Source: a virus
Lineage: Duplodnaviria > Heunggongvirae > Uroviricota > Caudoviricetes
Direction: 5' to 3' (one strand)
IMG/VR virus record: IMGVR_UViG_3300005323_000036
DNA length: 64,000 nucleotides
Part shown: piece after piece, positions 18,420-27,546 of the stretch
How positions within the stretch are numbered: the stretch's first letter is position 1
Layout of the letters: each line of letters begins with the position of its first letter
The notes under the pieces: generated by a model
Databases searched by the model: none
Seen by the model: only the letters and a program-made list of their open reading frames with translations
Told to the model about the DNA's origin: nothing
Program-made: the position numbers and the translations under genes

Positions 18420-19405
18420 TGGAAGAAGATCTGGTATGTTGTGTTATATCGTCTTGGAATCGCCTTGATATATTAAGACAGAATATTGATGCAATTTATA
18501 AACAAGATTATCAAAACAAAGAGATTATTGTTATTGATAATTGTAGTAATGATGGAACACAAGAATATTTAAAAGATAAATATGAAAATCAGTGTAAATG
18601 GGATTTCTTCTATGAGATAATGCCACATTCGAAATTTACTGCAATGCAAACTCTTAATCGTGGATTTTGGATTGCTAAATATGATCATCATGCTAAATAT
18701 ATTCTCGTGTTGGACGACGATTGTATATTACAAGAAACTAATAGTATCTCTAAACTTGTCGAAGTTGCTAAAAGTAAAAAAGATGTTGGAATGGTCGCAT
18801 GTAATGTAAGAGGTCCTGAAAATAAAATCCCACAAACAGATTTCAAATTTGCATTAAATACACATATTAATTTGAAATCATTACCAAGAAATCCATTTAG
18901 AGTGTATGATTATATTGGAGCATGTGCTTTATATAATACTGATATTTTTAGTGGCTATGATGAATCATTTGGAATTTATTGGAATGAATCAGATACAGCA
19001 TTAAATATTCTTTCAAGAGGGCATGATGTTCTATTTGAGAAGAATGTGCAACCTATACACTTGTATTCTCCAAAACAACGTAATGTAAATAAAGGTGTGT
19101 ATTATTATATTAAAAATGGTAATACTATAATAAATAGATATTTATCATTTAAAAACAGATTAGTATTGATACCCTTAAGACTTGCTACAATGATGATTTG
19201 GGTATGGAGATTTAAAGATATCAAACTTGTAATTAAAGCAATTCTTATAAGTATTCTCGGATTGATTCAGATATTCTATATGAAAGATCGAGTTAAACCA
19301 ATTAATGATACTATTCAAAATGAAATAAACCAAGCATATACTGGATGGTATTTTAGGAAATTTTATGAATGGATATTTGGTTATTCAATTTATGAAGGAT
19401 TATAG
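18419..19405 (+). CDS. GT2 glycosyltransferase with two C-terminal TM helices (GtrB/Dpm-like lipid-linked sugar transferase topology)
   Basis: VISSWNRLDILRQNIDAIYKQDY…IIVIDNCSNDGT and VLDDDC (DxD). The C-terminal helices are LVLIPLRLATMMIWVW and LVIKAILISILGLIQIFY. Confidence 0.65.
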   Translation: MEEDLVCCVISSWNRLDILRQNIDAIYKQDYQNKEIIVIDNCSNDGTQEYLKDKYENQCKWDFFYEIMPHSKFTAMQTLNRGFWIAKYDHHAKYILVLDDDCILQETNSISKLVEVAKSKKDVGMVACNVRGPENKIPQTDFKFALNTHINLKSLPRNPFRVYDYIGACALYNTDIFSGYDESFGIYWNESDTALNILSRGHDVLFEKNVQPIHLYSPKQRNVNKGVYYYIKNGNTIINRYLSFKNRLVLIPLRLATMMIWVWRFKDIKLVIKAILISILGLIQIFYMKDRVKPINDTIQNEINQAYTGWYFRKFYEWIFGYSIYEGL

Positions 19406-19422
19406 AAAGAGGATTTTTATTT

Positions 19423-20148
19423 ATGACTGATATACTGCAAATTGAACCAACTAGAAACTGTAATAAGAACTGTAAAACGTGCTCAAGAGATTCGTCTTAC
19501 TCTGGTGATATTTCTATTGAAACATTTTTTAAAATTTTAGATTATCATAAAAGTGATCATTTTGATATTCTTAAAATTCAAGGATTAGGTGAGCCATTTA
19601 TGCATCCAGATATTGTGAAATTATCTGAAATTGGTAGAACCTATGGATTTAAGAATATCATGACCATTACAAATGGTTCATTTCCAATTGTTGGAGAATT
19701 TGATAATGTTATGTTTTCTATCAATAAATTAAATGAATCTGATTATCATGATCAAAGAACAATTAATCACATATTAGATACAAAAAAGAATGGATACAAT
19801 GTAAGAATTAATTGTGTATTATCAGATCAAACAAAAGATGATATAAATAAAGTTACAGGATTTGCTGATAAATATTCTATACCAATTGATATAATTCCTA
19901 TGGAAGTTTGGTATGGATGTGAATATAAAAATTATGATGAATTGCATAATCAAGCAAAGAATGTATATAATAGATTCAACATAAAAATAAAGAATAGAAT
20001 TGATACATGTGAATGGTATATAAATTCACTCTATTATGATTATCTTGGAAGATTACATCCATGTTGTATCAGAATGACCGATGAATATATTATTACAGAT
20101 GATGAGAAATTTGACTTCAATTCATGCTGTAAAAACTGTCCCGTATGA
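19423..20148 (+). CDS. radical SAM enzyme with C-terminal Cys-rich (SPASM/twitch-like) region
   Basis: CNKNCKTC (Cx3Cx2C), GLGEPFMHPD, and C-terminal C…CC…CC..C. Confidence 0.65.
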   Translation: MTDILQIEPTRNCNKNCKTCSRDSSYSGDISIETFFKILDYHKSDHFDILKIQGLGEPFMHPDIVKLSEIGRTYGFKNIMTITNGSFPIVGEFDNVMFSINKLNESDYHDQRTINHILDTKKNGYNVRINCVLSDQTKDDINKVTGFADKYSIPIDIIPMEVWYGCEYKNYDELHNQAKNVYNRFNIKIKNRIDTCEWYINSLYYDYLGRLHPCCIRMTDEYIITDDEKFDFNSCCKNCPV

Positions 20149-20167
20149 AGAGGAAAATAGTGATATT

Positions 20168-20734
20168 ATGAAATTAGATAATGGCGTTGTTGGTTGCTTA
20201 AGTCCGATTGAAGGAATTGCATTGGAAACATTAAGTAGAAAATGTAGTCCTGAAAATGCAATAGTTAATATTGGATGTTTTAGAGGAAAGAGTCTTACAT
20301 ATATTACAACCGGAGTAAAGTCTAGATTTGTTCAATCTTCTAAAAAACAAGTTTATGGAATTGATATAAGAATAAAAGATATACTTAATGATATAGAATC
20401 TATAAAACATAATACTACTCTATTACAAGGTTCTTCGTATGATCCTGTAATATATAATCAAATAAAAGAACCCGTTGAATTTGTATTTATTGATGGTGAT
20501 CATTCTATAGAAGGTTGTTTAAAAGATCTTGAAATATATTGGAACAAACTTATTTCTGGTGGAGTTATGATGGTTCATGATAAATTTGGAACTAATGGAA
20601 ACATTCACGAACCTGGAGTAAAAGAAGCATGTGAAATTTTTGAGAAAAAACATTTCAATGAATTTGTTCCTGATGATTGGAATGAATCTCCAGTCCATAG
20701 AGTAGATTCAAGTTGGATAGTTCAGAAGAGATGA
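20168..20734 (+). CDS. class I SAM-dependent methyltransferase (Methyltransf_24/TylF-like)
   Basis: FVFIDGDHSIEGCLKDLEIYWNKLISGGVMMVHD. ATG at 20168 was chosen because the longer track form overlaps the radical SAM gene. Confidence 0.55.
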   Translation: MKLDNGVVGCLSPIEGIALETLSRKCSPENAIVNIGCFRGKSLTYITTGVKSRFVQSSKKQVYGIDIRIKDILNDIESIKHNTTLLQGSSYDPVIYNQIKEPVEFVFIDGDHSIEGCLKDLEIYWNKLISGGVMMVHDKFGTNGNIHEPGVKEACEIFEKKHFNEFVPDDWNESPVHRVDSSWIVQKR

Positions 20735-20743
20735 GAGGATAGG

Positions 20744-21178
20744 ATGTTTAGTAATGTAACATATCATAGTAATGAGGTTCCAGATTCTAAAAATGATAAT
20801 CCATCTATGATAATTTATTTTAATTATATGGATTACTCACTATGTGCATTGGTTATAGATTTAGATCAGATAGTAAATTTAAATTATTCTAGTATAAAAT
20901 ATAATAAAATTGAAAATATATTGTGTAAAGTAAATGATACCAATATTCATTTTTCATATGATGTAATTCTTGAAAACAAGAAATCTAAAAATTGGTTAGA
21001 TTTTGTTAAATTTAAACGCAATAACACAGTCCATTGTGATTCTAAAACTATAACAACACGTTTCAGTATGTTTATATATAAATTAGAAGATGATAGAATT
21101 GGAATACTACGATCTAGTTATAGCAGTTCTGATTTAGTTAAACTTATTGCACCCTCACTTACTACATGGCAAATGTAA
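20744..21178 (+). CDS. hypothetical protein
   Basis: 144-aa ORF, ATG verified. Confidence 0.4.
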   Translation: MFSNVTYHSNEVPDSKNDNPSMIIYFNYMDYSLCALVIDLDQIVNLNYSSIKYNKIENILCKVNDTNIHFSYDVILENKKSKNWLDFVKFKRNNTVHCDSKTITTRFSMFIYKLEDDRIGILRSSYSSSDLVKLIAPSLTTWQM

Positions 21179-21224
21179 AAATAACTATTAATATTTTTAT
21201 ACAGTAATAACTTAATTAATACAT

Positions 21225-21365
21225 ATGCCATTTGCTGGATTTAATAATTTTGACGATTGTCTTAAAAAGAATCGTAGAAAGTATGGAAAGAACGCTGAAA
21301 AAGTGTGTGGTGTTATTAAAAATAAAGTTGAATGCAGCCCAAAGAAAAAGAAATCTAGAAAATGA
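21225..21365 (+). CDS. small basic protein
   Basis: 46 aa, MPFAGFNNFDDCLKKNRRKYGKNAEKVCGV…. Its stop overlaps the next start (ATGA). Confidence 0.3.
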   Translation: MPFAGFNNFDDCLKKNRRKYGKNAEKVCGVIKNKVECSPKKKKSRK

Positions 21366-21658
21366 TTGAAGAATTTGATACTATTAATTTTGACAATATA
21401 ACTGTAAGATTACATAAACGATTATTTAATCCAAAAACTGCCTTTAGACTATATCATGAAGAACTAAATAGTATTTATAATCGAATAGAATATGCAAAAT
21501 ATAATTTTATAAGAGATGGAAATCTATTAGGTTATAATAAATGTGATGATGTTGGAAAGGAATTATGTACAGAAGCAGAAAAAAGATTCATGTCTAGAAT
21601 GAATGATTTATCTGAATATATTGAATTGTATGGAACTAAAAATTTAGAATTAATATAG
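21362..21658 (+). CDS. hypothetical protein
   Basis: 98-aa ORF. Confidence 0.4.
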   Translation: MIEEFDTINFDNITVRLHKRLFNPKTAFRLYHEELNSIYNRIEYAKYNFIRDGNLLGYNKCDDVGKELCTEAEKRFMSRMNDLSEYIELYGTKNLELI

Positions 21659-21725
21659 TATATCTGTAACCACTTCCTCTTTTTCTTTAGAAATATTTAT
21701 ATATTATAATATTCAATTATATATA

Positions 21726-21992
21726 ATGTTAAGTGAACTTGATCGCGTAAAACCTATCATTAAGTTTAAAAATTGTAATATTTTATGTTTTGGAAATCAA
21801 AACGATGGAGATTTAAGTGAAACTAATAGTTATGAAGATGTAAGTAATTTTTCAATATATTATAACTATAAAGACAATACTATAAATCTTAAAATGCTTT
21901 ATAATAATACTTATGTTATCGCTGAATTACTTAAGTTAGATAATATCAATGATAATGATATAATTGTTAAAACACAATCTTTGAATTTATAA
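21726..21992 (+). CDS. hypothetical protein
   Basis: 88-aa ORF. Confidence 0.35.
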   Translation: MLSELDRVKPIIKFKNCNILCFGNQNDGDLSETNSYEDVSNFSIYYNYKDNTINLKMLYNNTYVIAELLKLDNINDNDIIVKTQSLNL

Positions 21993-22061
21993 ATCTATTA
22001 ACATTCCCATCTTCTCTCCCTATACAAACATTTATCTATTTTTCACGCTAATCTATTATTC

Positions 22062-22784
22062 ATGTTAGGAATATTTAGAAAACAAGATACATTTCTTCCA
22101 TATGCTGAAGTGAAATCGTTATCTGAAGCATATGAAGTTGCTGTTAGGAATGTTATAAATCAACATGAAGAGGTTGTTACTGAAGATGGTGAAGTTACGT
22201 GGCAATCTAATCCATTTACGATCTGTATTACACAACCTTGGAGAACTAATTTTATTCATAAATTCTCCCCATATGGAAGAGAATTCTATAAAAAATATGC
22301 AGATGATATTGTAAATGGAACATCAAATAAATTTGTTTATACATATCACGATAGACTGTTTCATTATAGGAAACATTATTATGATGATCTTATTAATGAA
22401 TTTATACCAAGTGATGTTTATGGTTTAATTTTAGATGAGTATATAGACCAAATAAATTATGTTGTAGACAAATTAGTTTATGAACCCACATCAAGACGCG
22501 CCATTGCAATTACAATTTCTCCGTATATTGATGAAGTTAAAAAAGATATTCCATGCCTTCAAGAAATTCAATTTTGGATTAGTGAAGGAAAATTAAATAT
22601 TTATGTATTTATGCGATCTAATGACATACTTTTGGGAATGCCTCAAAATATACGAGGATTTTATAAACTGCAATTTGAAGTAGCAAAACGAATTGGTATT
22701 CATTGTGGAAAACTGTTTTATACAGTTACAATTCCACATGCATACATTAATCGGGATAAAAATGAATTAAGTAAATGGCTATAA
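22062..22784 (+). CDS. thymidylate synthase ThyA-family enzyme (dUMP-specific; divergent, possibly a hydroxymethylase)
   Basis: TSRRAIAITISP matches the ThyA SRRIIVSAWN region. IPCLQEIQFWI matches PCHAFFQFYV (the Cys is kept but His is replaced by Leu). MRSNDILLGMPQNI matches QRSCDVFLGLPFNI, retaining the uracil-specifying Asn. IPHAY replaces the GDTHLY loop. Confidence 0.55.
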   Translation: MLGIFRKQDTFLPYAEVKSLSEAYEVAVRNVINQHEEVVTEDGEVTWQSNPFTICITQPWRTNFIHKFSPYGREFYKKYADDIVNGTSNKFVYTYHDRLFHYRKHYYDDLINEFIPSDVYGLILDEYIDQINYVVDKLVYEPTSRRAIAITISPYIDEVKKDIPCLQEIQFWISEGKLNIYVFMRSNDILLGMPQNIRGFYKLQFEVAKRIGIHCGKLFYTVTIPHAYINRDKNELSKWL

Positions 22785-22806
22785 ACTTTAATATAATCTT
22801 TTATGC

Positions 22807-23016
22807 ATGAATGAAATAATTCCAGGGGATAAACCCAATAAAACTAGAACTATACGGTGCTGTATTTGTGGATATTGGATTACAAAACAAGAATATGGTG
22901 GTGTAATTAATGGATCATTTGTTGATTTCACTAACAAAAACTGTGGTTCATTAGTTCTTACAATGTGCAGTGAATGTTGTGAAAAAGTATTAAAATATTC
23001 AGGAGGAGAAGATTGA
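22807..23016 (+). CDS. zinc-ribbon protein
   Basis: CCICGYW…CGS…CSECC. Confidence 0.4.
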   Translation: MNEIIPGDKPNKTRTIRCCICGYWITKQEYGGVINGSFVDFTNKNCGSLVLTMCSECCEKVLKYSGGED

Positions 23017-23310
23017 CAAATATAGTTGAAAGACTTTATGAATGCAATTTTGATGAAGATAGTTTTGATATTAGTGATATAGATAGTGTTGATGATATTT
23101 GGGAACTAATCGATGAAATAAGAAAATTAAAAACAGAGTTAGATTTGATAAAGGATATTTAGGAGATGATATAGAAAAGTAATATTATCATTTATTATTT
23201 TTTTTAATTTTCTTCTTTTACTTATATACTTTTGCATAATATTTTTATACTTATAATTTAAATATATAAATATTGTGGTTAAGTTACAATGTAAAAAATG
23301 TAAATGTTTA

Positions 23311-23433
23311 ATGCCTTATTTTCCAGATACTAATACATATGTCTGTCTTAATTGTGGAAATGTTAAAAGCGGTCAATGTTTCTATGATAATTTATATAAA
23401 AGAAGAAATAAAAAGTTATATGAAGAATATTAA
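23311..23433 (+). CDS. small zinc-ribbon peptide
   Basis: 40 aa, MPYFPDTNTYVCLNCGNVKSGQCFYDN…. Confidence 0.25.
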   Translation: MPYFPDTNTYVCLNCGNVKSGQCFYDNLYKRRNKKLYEEY

Positions 23434-23505
23434 AATCGTCAATAGTGATGTGAGTTTCTACACAACATTTATAACTTTAAACATATAACTTTAATATAAG
23501 ATCTC

Positions 23506-23973
23506 ATGACTGAAGATCTAAAAGAAACTTGTGAATCGTTTAAGATTAAAATTGAAGAAGGAGAACGACTCCTAGATACATTAACTAGGTTAAGAAAACA
23601 GTGTAACATTGATATTGAAAAGTATAAGCGTGCAATGAACAATGAAATTGATGGATATATTAATGCCATTGAACGATTTAACTCTAAACATGAAGCAGAT
23701 CTTCTTGTTATCAAACGCGCTATAACAATTCTTGATGAAACAGAATGGCGCGATGAAGTTTTAATTCGTGATAAATTCAAGTGTCAAAAATGCGGTTCTA
23801 TGCATGAACCAACATGTCATCATATAATTCCAAAAAAGTTTCAAAGTAATTTTACTTATAATCCAAACAATGGAATTGTATTATGTAAAGAGTGTCATGA
23901 AGATTGGCATAAAACACATGATAATGAAACAAGCATTAACATATTCATCAAATGGCTAGAAGATAAAGAATGA
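23506..23973 (+). CDS. HNH endonuclease
   Basis: C-terminal CQKCGSMHEPTCHHIIPKK…NGIVLCKECHEDWH, a canonical HNH/zinc motif. Confidence 0.7.
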   Translation: MTEDLKETCESFKIKIEEGERLLDTLTRLRKQCNIDIEKYKRAMNNEIDGYINAIERFNSKHEADLLVIKRAITILDETEWRDEVLIRDKFKCQKCGSMHEPTCHHIIPKKFQSNFTYNPNNGIVLCKECHEDWHKTHDNETSINIFIKWLEDKE

Positions 23974-23994
23974 AAGAAGATTATTAATTAAATT

Positions 23995-24234
23995 ATGATT
24001 ATACAAGAAACTTATAGAAGTCCAAATGGATTAATATTTACATTTCCTAACAATGAATATAATTTATATAATGAATTATCTTGTTATGGCTGTGAATATT
24101 GTATAGAATGTGAAAGCGATGTTACAGATGAAAGATATTTTTGTGACATTACATTAGAAGACGTAGGTTCTACTGTTCTATATGGTAATGAACATGGTGA
24201 TGTTGGCTATAAATGTCCATTTTATGAAGAGTAA
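23995..24234 (+). CDS. Cys-rich small protein
   Basis: CYGCEYCIECESD…. Confidence 0.35.
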   Translation: MIIQETYRSPNGLIFTFPNNEYNLYNELSCYGCEYCIECESDVTDERYFCDITLEDVGSTVLYGNEHGDVGYKCPFYEE

Positions 24235-24250
24235 TTATTAAGGTATTTAC

Positions 24251-24499
24251 ATGAAAAAAACTGTATTAATTTGTGATAACTGTGAAAAAATTGGTTATTT
24301 AGATTCTGATGGATTTCCTGAAGATCATTGGATAACATTTAACTTTGAAGATAAAGATATAGAATCGTTACATTATTGTTGTATTAAATGTTTTCTAGAA
24401 GATTATTATCCAAATACAATTCTAACTTCTAAACAAGAAGGGAACACTCTAATTATAACCCCAGCATCAAATGACAAAGAACTCTATTTATTTGGTTGA
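24251..24499 (+). CDS. zinc-ribbon small protein
   Basis: CDNCEK…CCIKC. Confidence 0.4.
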   Translation: MKKTVLICDNCEKIGYLDSDGFPEDHWITFNFEDKDIESLHYCCIKCFLEDYYPNTILTSKQEGNTLIITPASNDKELYLFG

Positions 24500-24797
24500 G
24501 ATTTAATTATGAAAGAAATTTATAAATATATAACTGAAGATAATTCTAAACTATTTATCTTTAATATCGATGAAGATAAAGTAATAGTTAAAAGATATAA
24601 TTTAACTATGGAAGAAGAAAAGATTTTTGAATAATATGATAGCAAATTGCCCATATAAAGAGAATGCAAAGTGTATGATTACAAAAAATAATCCATTTTG
24701 TATTACTATTAAGAATTGTCCATGTGAATACAACCCAGAAACTGATTATGTATTTAATAAAGAAATTTGTTAATTTTATACCTACTACTTTATTATC

Positions 24798-25022
24798 ATG
24801 ATTGATGAAAATAAAATTCCATGTAAAGGATGCATATTCGTATATGAAGAAAGATCACACAATTTCATTAATTGTAATAATGGAGCATCATATAAGTGTA
24901 TGAATCCATTACATTATAATGGTAATCGTCTTCTTCCTTATGGAGAATCATACCCAATGTGTAATATGTTCATGGACATTGATCGTTTAAATTATTGTTA
25001 TGAAAAGATCTTAAAATCATAA
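24798..25022 (+). CDS. Cys-rich small protein
   Basis: CKGC…CNNG…C…C pattern. Confidence 0.4.
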   Translation: MIDENKIPCKGCIFVYEERSHNFINCNNGASYKCMNPLHYNGNRLLPYGESYPMCNMFMDIDRLNYCYEKILKS

Positions 25023-25235
25023 ACTCTCCTTTCTATTGCCAAAAACTTTATATATTTTTAAGTGTAATACTATAATGCACAGTGTATATCTCTCCCACTG
25101 TGTAAATATAAATTGTTAGTTAGTTTGTCTCTCCAAATCTCTGACTTGACATCTCTCCACCAATCTCATCACTCCTTTTTATTTTTAATATTCATTAGAG
25201 AAACTATTATTATCTTTCAAAACTAACATAATAGT
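25022..25235. promoter_or_regulatory. C/T-rich intergenic region with a perfect 7-bp inverted repeat (CACAGTG-N11-CACTGTG) and reiterated TCTCTCC boxes
   Basis: 213-bp non-coding gap with higher C content than typical intergenic DNA. TCTCTCC-like boxes occur four times. Confidence 0.25.
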
Positions 25236-25622
25236 ATGAAAGATGAAAGCGAAGAACTATTATTCAAATATAAATCGGGTGAACCTATCCAATTTTATAA
25301 ATGTAAATCGTGTGGTGAAATTATAACCGGAGCACTTTATCACTCACTTGAATATTGTAAATGTGAACATTGGGTTGATCAGGAAGAGTGTTTACTACGC
25401 GCATGTGGTGAATTTGAAAATGTAACTGAAACACTATCTAATGAAGAAAAACGCAAAATATTCACAAAGACAATATTCAATCAAAATATAGTTGACTCAT
25501 TATTTATTAAAGAAGAAATTAAACATCCAAGATTCGATTCAATTAGATTTGATATTAATTATTATAAACAACTGTATAAAGAATGGAAGAAAGAAAACAA
25601 AAAGGTGAAACTAAATGAATGA
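25236..25622 (+). CDS. zinc-binding protein
   Basis: CKSCGEI…YCKCEHW. Confidence 0.4.
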   Translation: MKDESEELLFKYKSGEPIQFYKCKSCGEIITGALYHSLEYCKCEHWVDQEECLLRACGEFENVTETLSNEEKRKIFTKTIFNQNIVDSLFIKEEIKHPRFDSIRFDINYYKQLYKEWKKENKKVKLNE

Positions 25623-25818
25623 ATTTTACGGAATAATATCAGATTCTGATTATGAAAATATAATAACTGCACTAATGCTGCATGGCGTTACACCCGAACA
25701 TCTTTTTAATGGTATAGTGAATTCTCTGAAATCTATAAAGATAGTAGAAGAAACATCGATATCAACACAAGAAAAAGAAACTAGAAAGGCAATTCGAAGT
25801 CTGTATAGGAGAAAATAA
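25615..25818 (+). CDS. hypothetical protein
   Basis: 67-aa ORF, ATGA overlap with the upstream gene. Confidence 0.35.
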   Translation: MNEFYGIISDSDYENIITALMLHGVTPEHLFNGIVNSLKSIKIVEETSISTQEKETRKAIRSLYRRK

Positions 25819-26118
25819 ATGAATGAAGATGAACTTTTAGAATGCCCCATGTGCAATTCAAATGATATAAATGTTATTTATACGGCTGAAATTGCAATCG
25901 GGTATGAGGTGTATTGCAATACATGTGGGTTGGGGTTTGATCATGTTTTTGATATAAAAGAAGAAGCCGTCGCTGCGTGGAATTCCCGCGTGTTCCCGGA
26001 ATGGTTACGGGAGAATATTGAAGACCGAGTTGGAGATAATGGAAGTGATTACGCTATGGGATATGATATGGCACTTCGTTGGGTTCTCACTCTAACACCA
26101 TCTTCTAAATCTCCCTAA
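25819..26118 (+). CDS. Lar-like restriction alleviation family protein with C-terminal extension
   Basis: CPMCNSNDINVIY…YEVYCNTCGLGF…EEAVAAWNSR matches the Lar family pattern (CPFCG…C..CG…A..AWNRR). The gene sits on a GC-rich patch (about 48% GC). Confidence 0.55.
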   Translation: MNEDELLECPMCNSNDINVIYTAEIAIGYEVYCNTCGLGFDHVFDIKEEAVAAWNSRVFPEWLRENIEDRVGDNGSDYAMGYDMALRWVLTLTPSSKSP

Positions 26119-26123
26119 TACAT

Positions 26124-26318
26124 ATGAATCAACATAGAGATATTGCTGAAGTTCAAGAAAGTTATAAACGCTTATTTGAAACTGAAGTAGAAAAAACATT
26201 AAATGATGAATATCTAACAAATAATGAAAAGATTGAATCATTATATATTTTATATGAATTTTATAATGATTTACTTGATTACCTAGAAGAGAAAATAAAA
26301 TGGATGAAACAACAATAA
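26124..26318 (+). CDS. hypothetical protein
   Basis: 64-aa ORF. Confidence 0.35.
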   Translation: MNQHRDIAEVQESYKRLFETEVEKTLNDEYLTNNEKIESLYILYEFYNDLLDYLEEKIKWMKQQ

Positions 26319-26328
26319 ACTATAGATT

Positions 26329-27039
26329 ATGATTGAATTATTTACTATTCCAAAAGAGCACATTAAGATGTTTTTTGATTGGCCTATGCAATTTACAACA
26401 AAGGGTCTTGAATTAAACATCGTAGATGATTGTGTATGGTATTCACTTATAGATACAGGAAATACAGAATTTTTAAAATGTAAATTGCATGTAACTCCTG
26501 TAAATAAAGGTGTAGTTAAAGTAGATACTGTAAAATTAATTAAAACATATGAAAATGATTTTACATTCTTTATAGATGGAAATCTATTAGTATATAAAAC
26601 TAAAAATGGAAAACATAAACTAAATACGCTAGCAGATCCACAAGTTAAAACGACAACACTAAACAAAGCATTAGAGTTTCCTGCAAATTTTGTAATTGAA
26701 AAAGATTATATTAAAGCATTATATTCAGAAGTTTTAGAACTTGTGAAAAAAACAAAAGATGCAAGTAATTATATTATATTTGAAATAGAAAATAAAAAAT
26801 TAAAAGTATATAATAAAGATTTAAATGATTATCATGAATATGAATTTCCAATGGAAATAGATTCAGATAATGTAATGAGTGCATTTAGTGTAGATTTAAT
26901 AGATAATGTATTATATTATTATAATGAATTCGATACTATTGCTGTTGGTATGGGAACAGACTTTCCAATGCAATTTAAATTTAAAAAAGAAGGAATTGAA
27001 TTTGAATCTATAGTTACTCCAAGAATAGAAAAAGAATAA
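26329..27039 (+). CDS. second PCNA-like sliding-clamp paralogue
   Basis: 236 aa. It has a PCNA-like N-terminal pattern, and the C-terminus …FESIVTPRIEKE resembles the PCNA tail. It is more divergent than the clamp at 11768. Confidence 0.5.
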   Translation: MIELFTIPKEHIKMFFDWPMQFTTKGLELNIVDDCVWYSLIDTGNTEFLKCKLHVTPVNKGVVKVDTVKLIKTYENDFTFFIDGNLLVYKTKNGKHKLNTLADPQVKTTTLNKALEFPANFVIEKDYIKALYSEVLELVKKTKDASNYIIFEIENKKLKVYNKDLNDYHEYEFPMEIDSDNVMSAFSVDLIDNVLYYYNEFDTIAVGMGTDFPMQFKFKKEGIEFESIVTPRIEKE

Positions 27040-27098
27040 ATAAAATTATTAAAATTCGAATAGTATTTTAACTGTTAAACTAATTAATATGAGATCAT

Positions 27099-27341
27099 AT
27101 GTGCATGGTTATTGAAACATTGGAAACTGAAGATAAATTTGTAAAGATTAAAGATATTATATGTATATATGATGAAGATAATTACATTTATTGTAAAACA
27201 GAGTTTAAATATTATAAACTATATAAATCAAAAAATATAGATTATGATATGAAACAGAAACTAATGCGAATTATATATGCGCGTAATCTAAACAGAGACA
27301 CGTATACTCAAGAAATGCTAATCAAAGATATGAAAAAATAA
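27099..27341 (+). CDS. hypothetical protein
   Basis: 80-aa ORF. Confidence 0.35.
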   Translation: MCMVIETLETEDKFVKIKDIICIYDEDNYIYCKTEFKYYKLYKSKNIDYDMKQKLMRIIYARNLNRDTYTQEMLIKDMKK

Positions 27342-27393
27342 GAGAGACTAGTGAGAATATTTTAGAATCTAATTAAAACAAGGTAATATTATT

Positions 27394-27528
27394 ATGACAT
27401 GTTATAATTGTAGATATTTTATCATTAAAGGAAATAATCATTATGAATGCGCGTGGAAAGTTGCAACTATCATAAACCCATGGGAAATTTGTGATGAAGA
27501 AGATAGTATTGTATTAAATGAAGAATGA
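27394..27528 (+). CDS. small Cys-containing peptide
   Basis: 44 aa, MTCYNCRYF…HYECAW…. Confidence 0.25.
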   Translation: MTCYNCRYFIIKGNNHYECAWKVATIINPWEICDEEDSIVLNEE

Positions 27529-27546
27529 GTTGGAATTATTTTTATT

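Noticed and set aside
23013-23162. 49-aa TTG-initiated ORF after the zinc-ribbon gene
   Set aside because: It has no ATG or GTG start and no RBS, so it was left uncalled.
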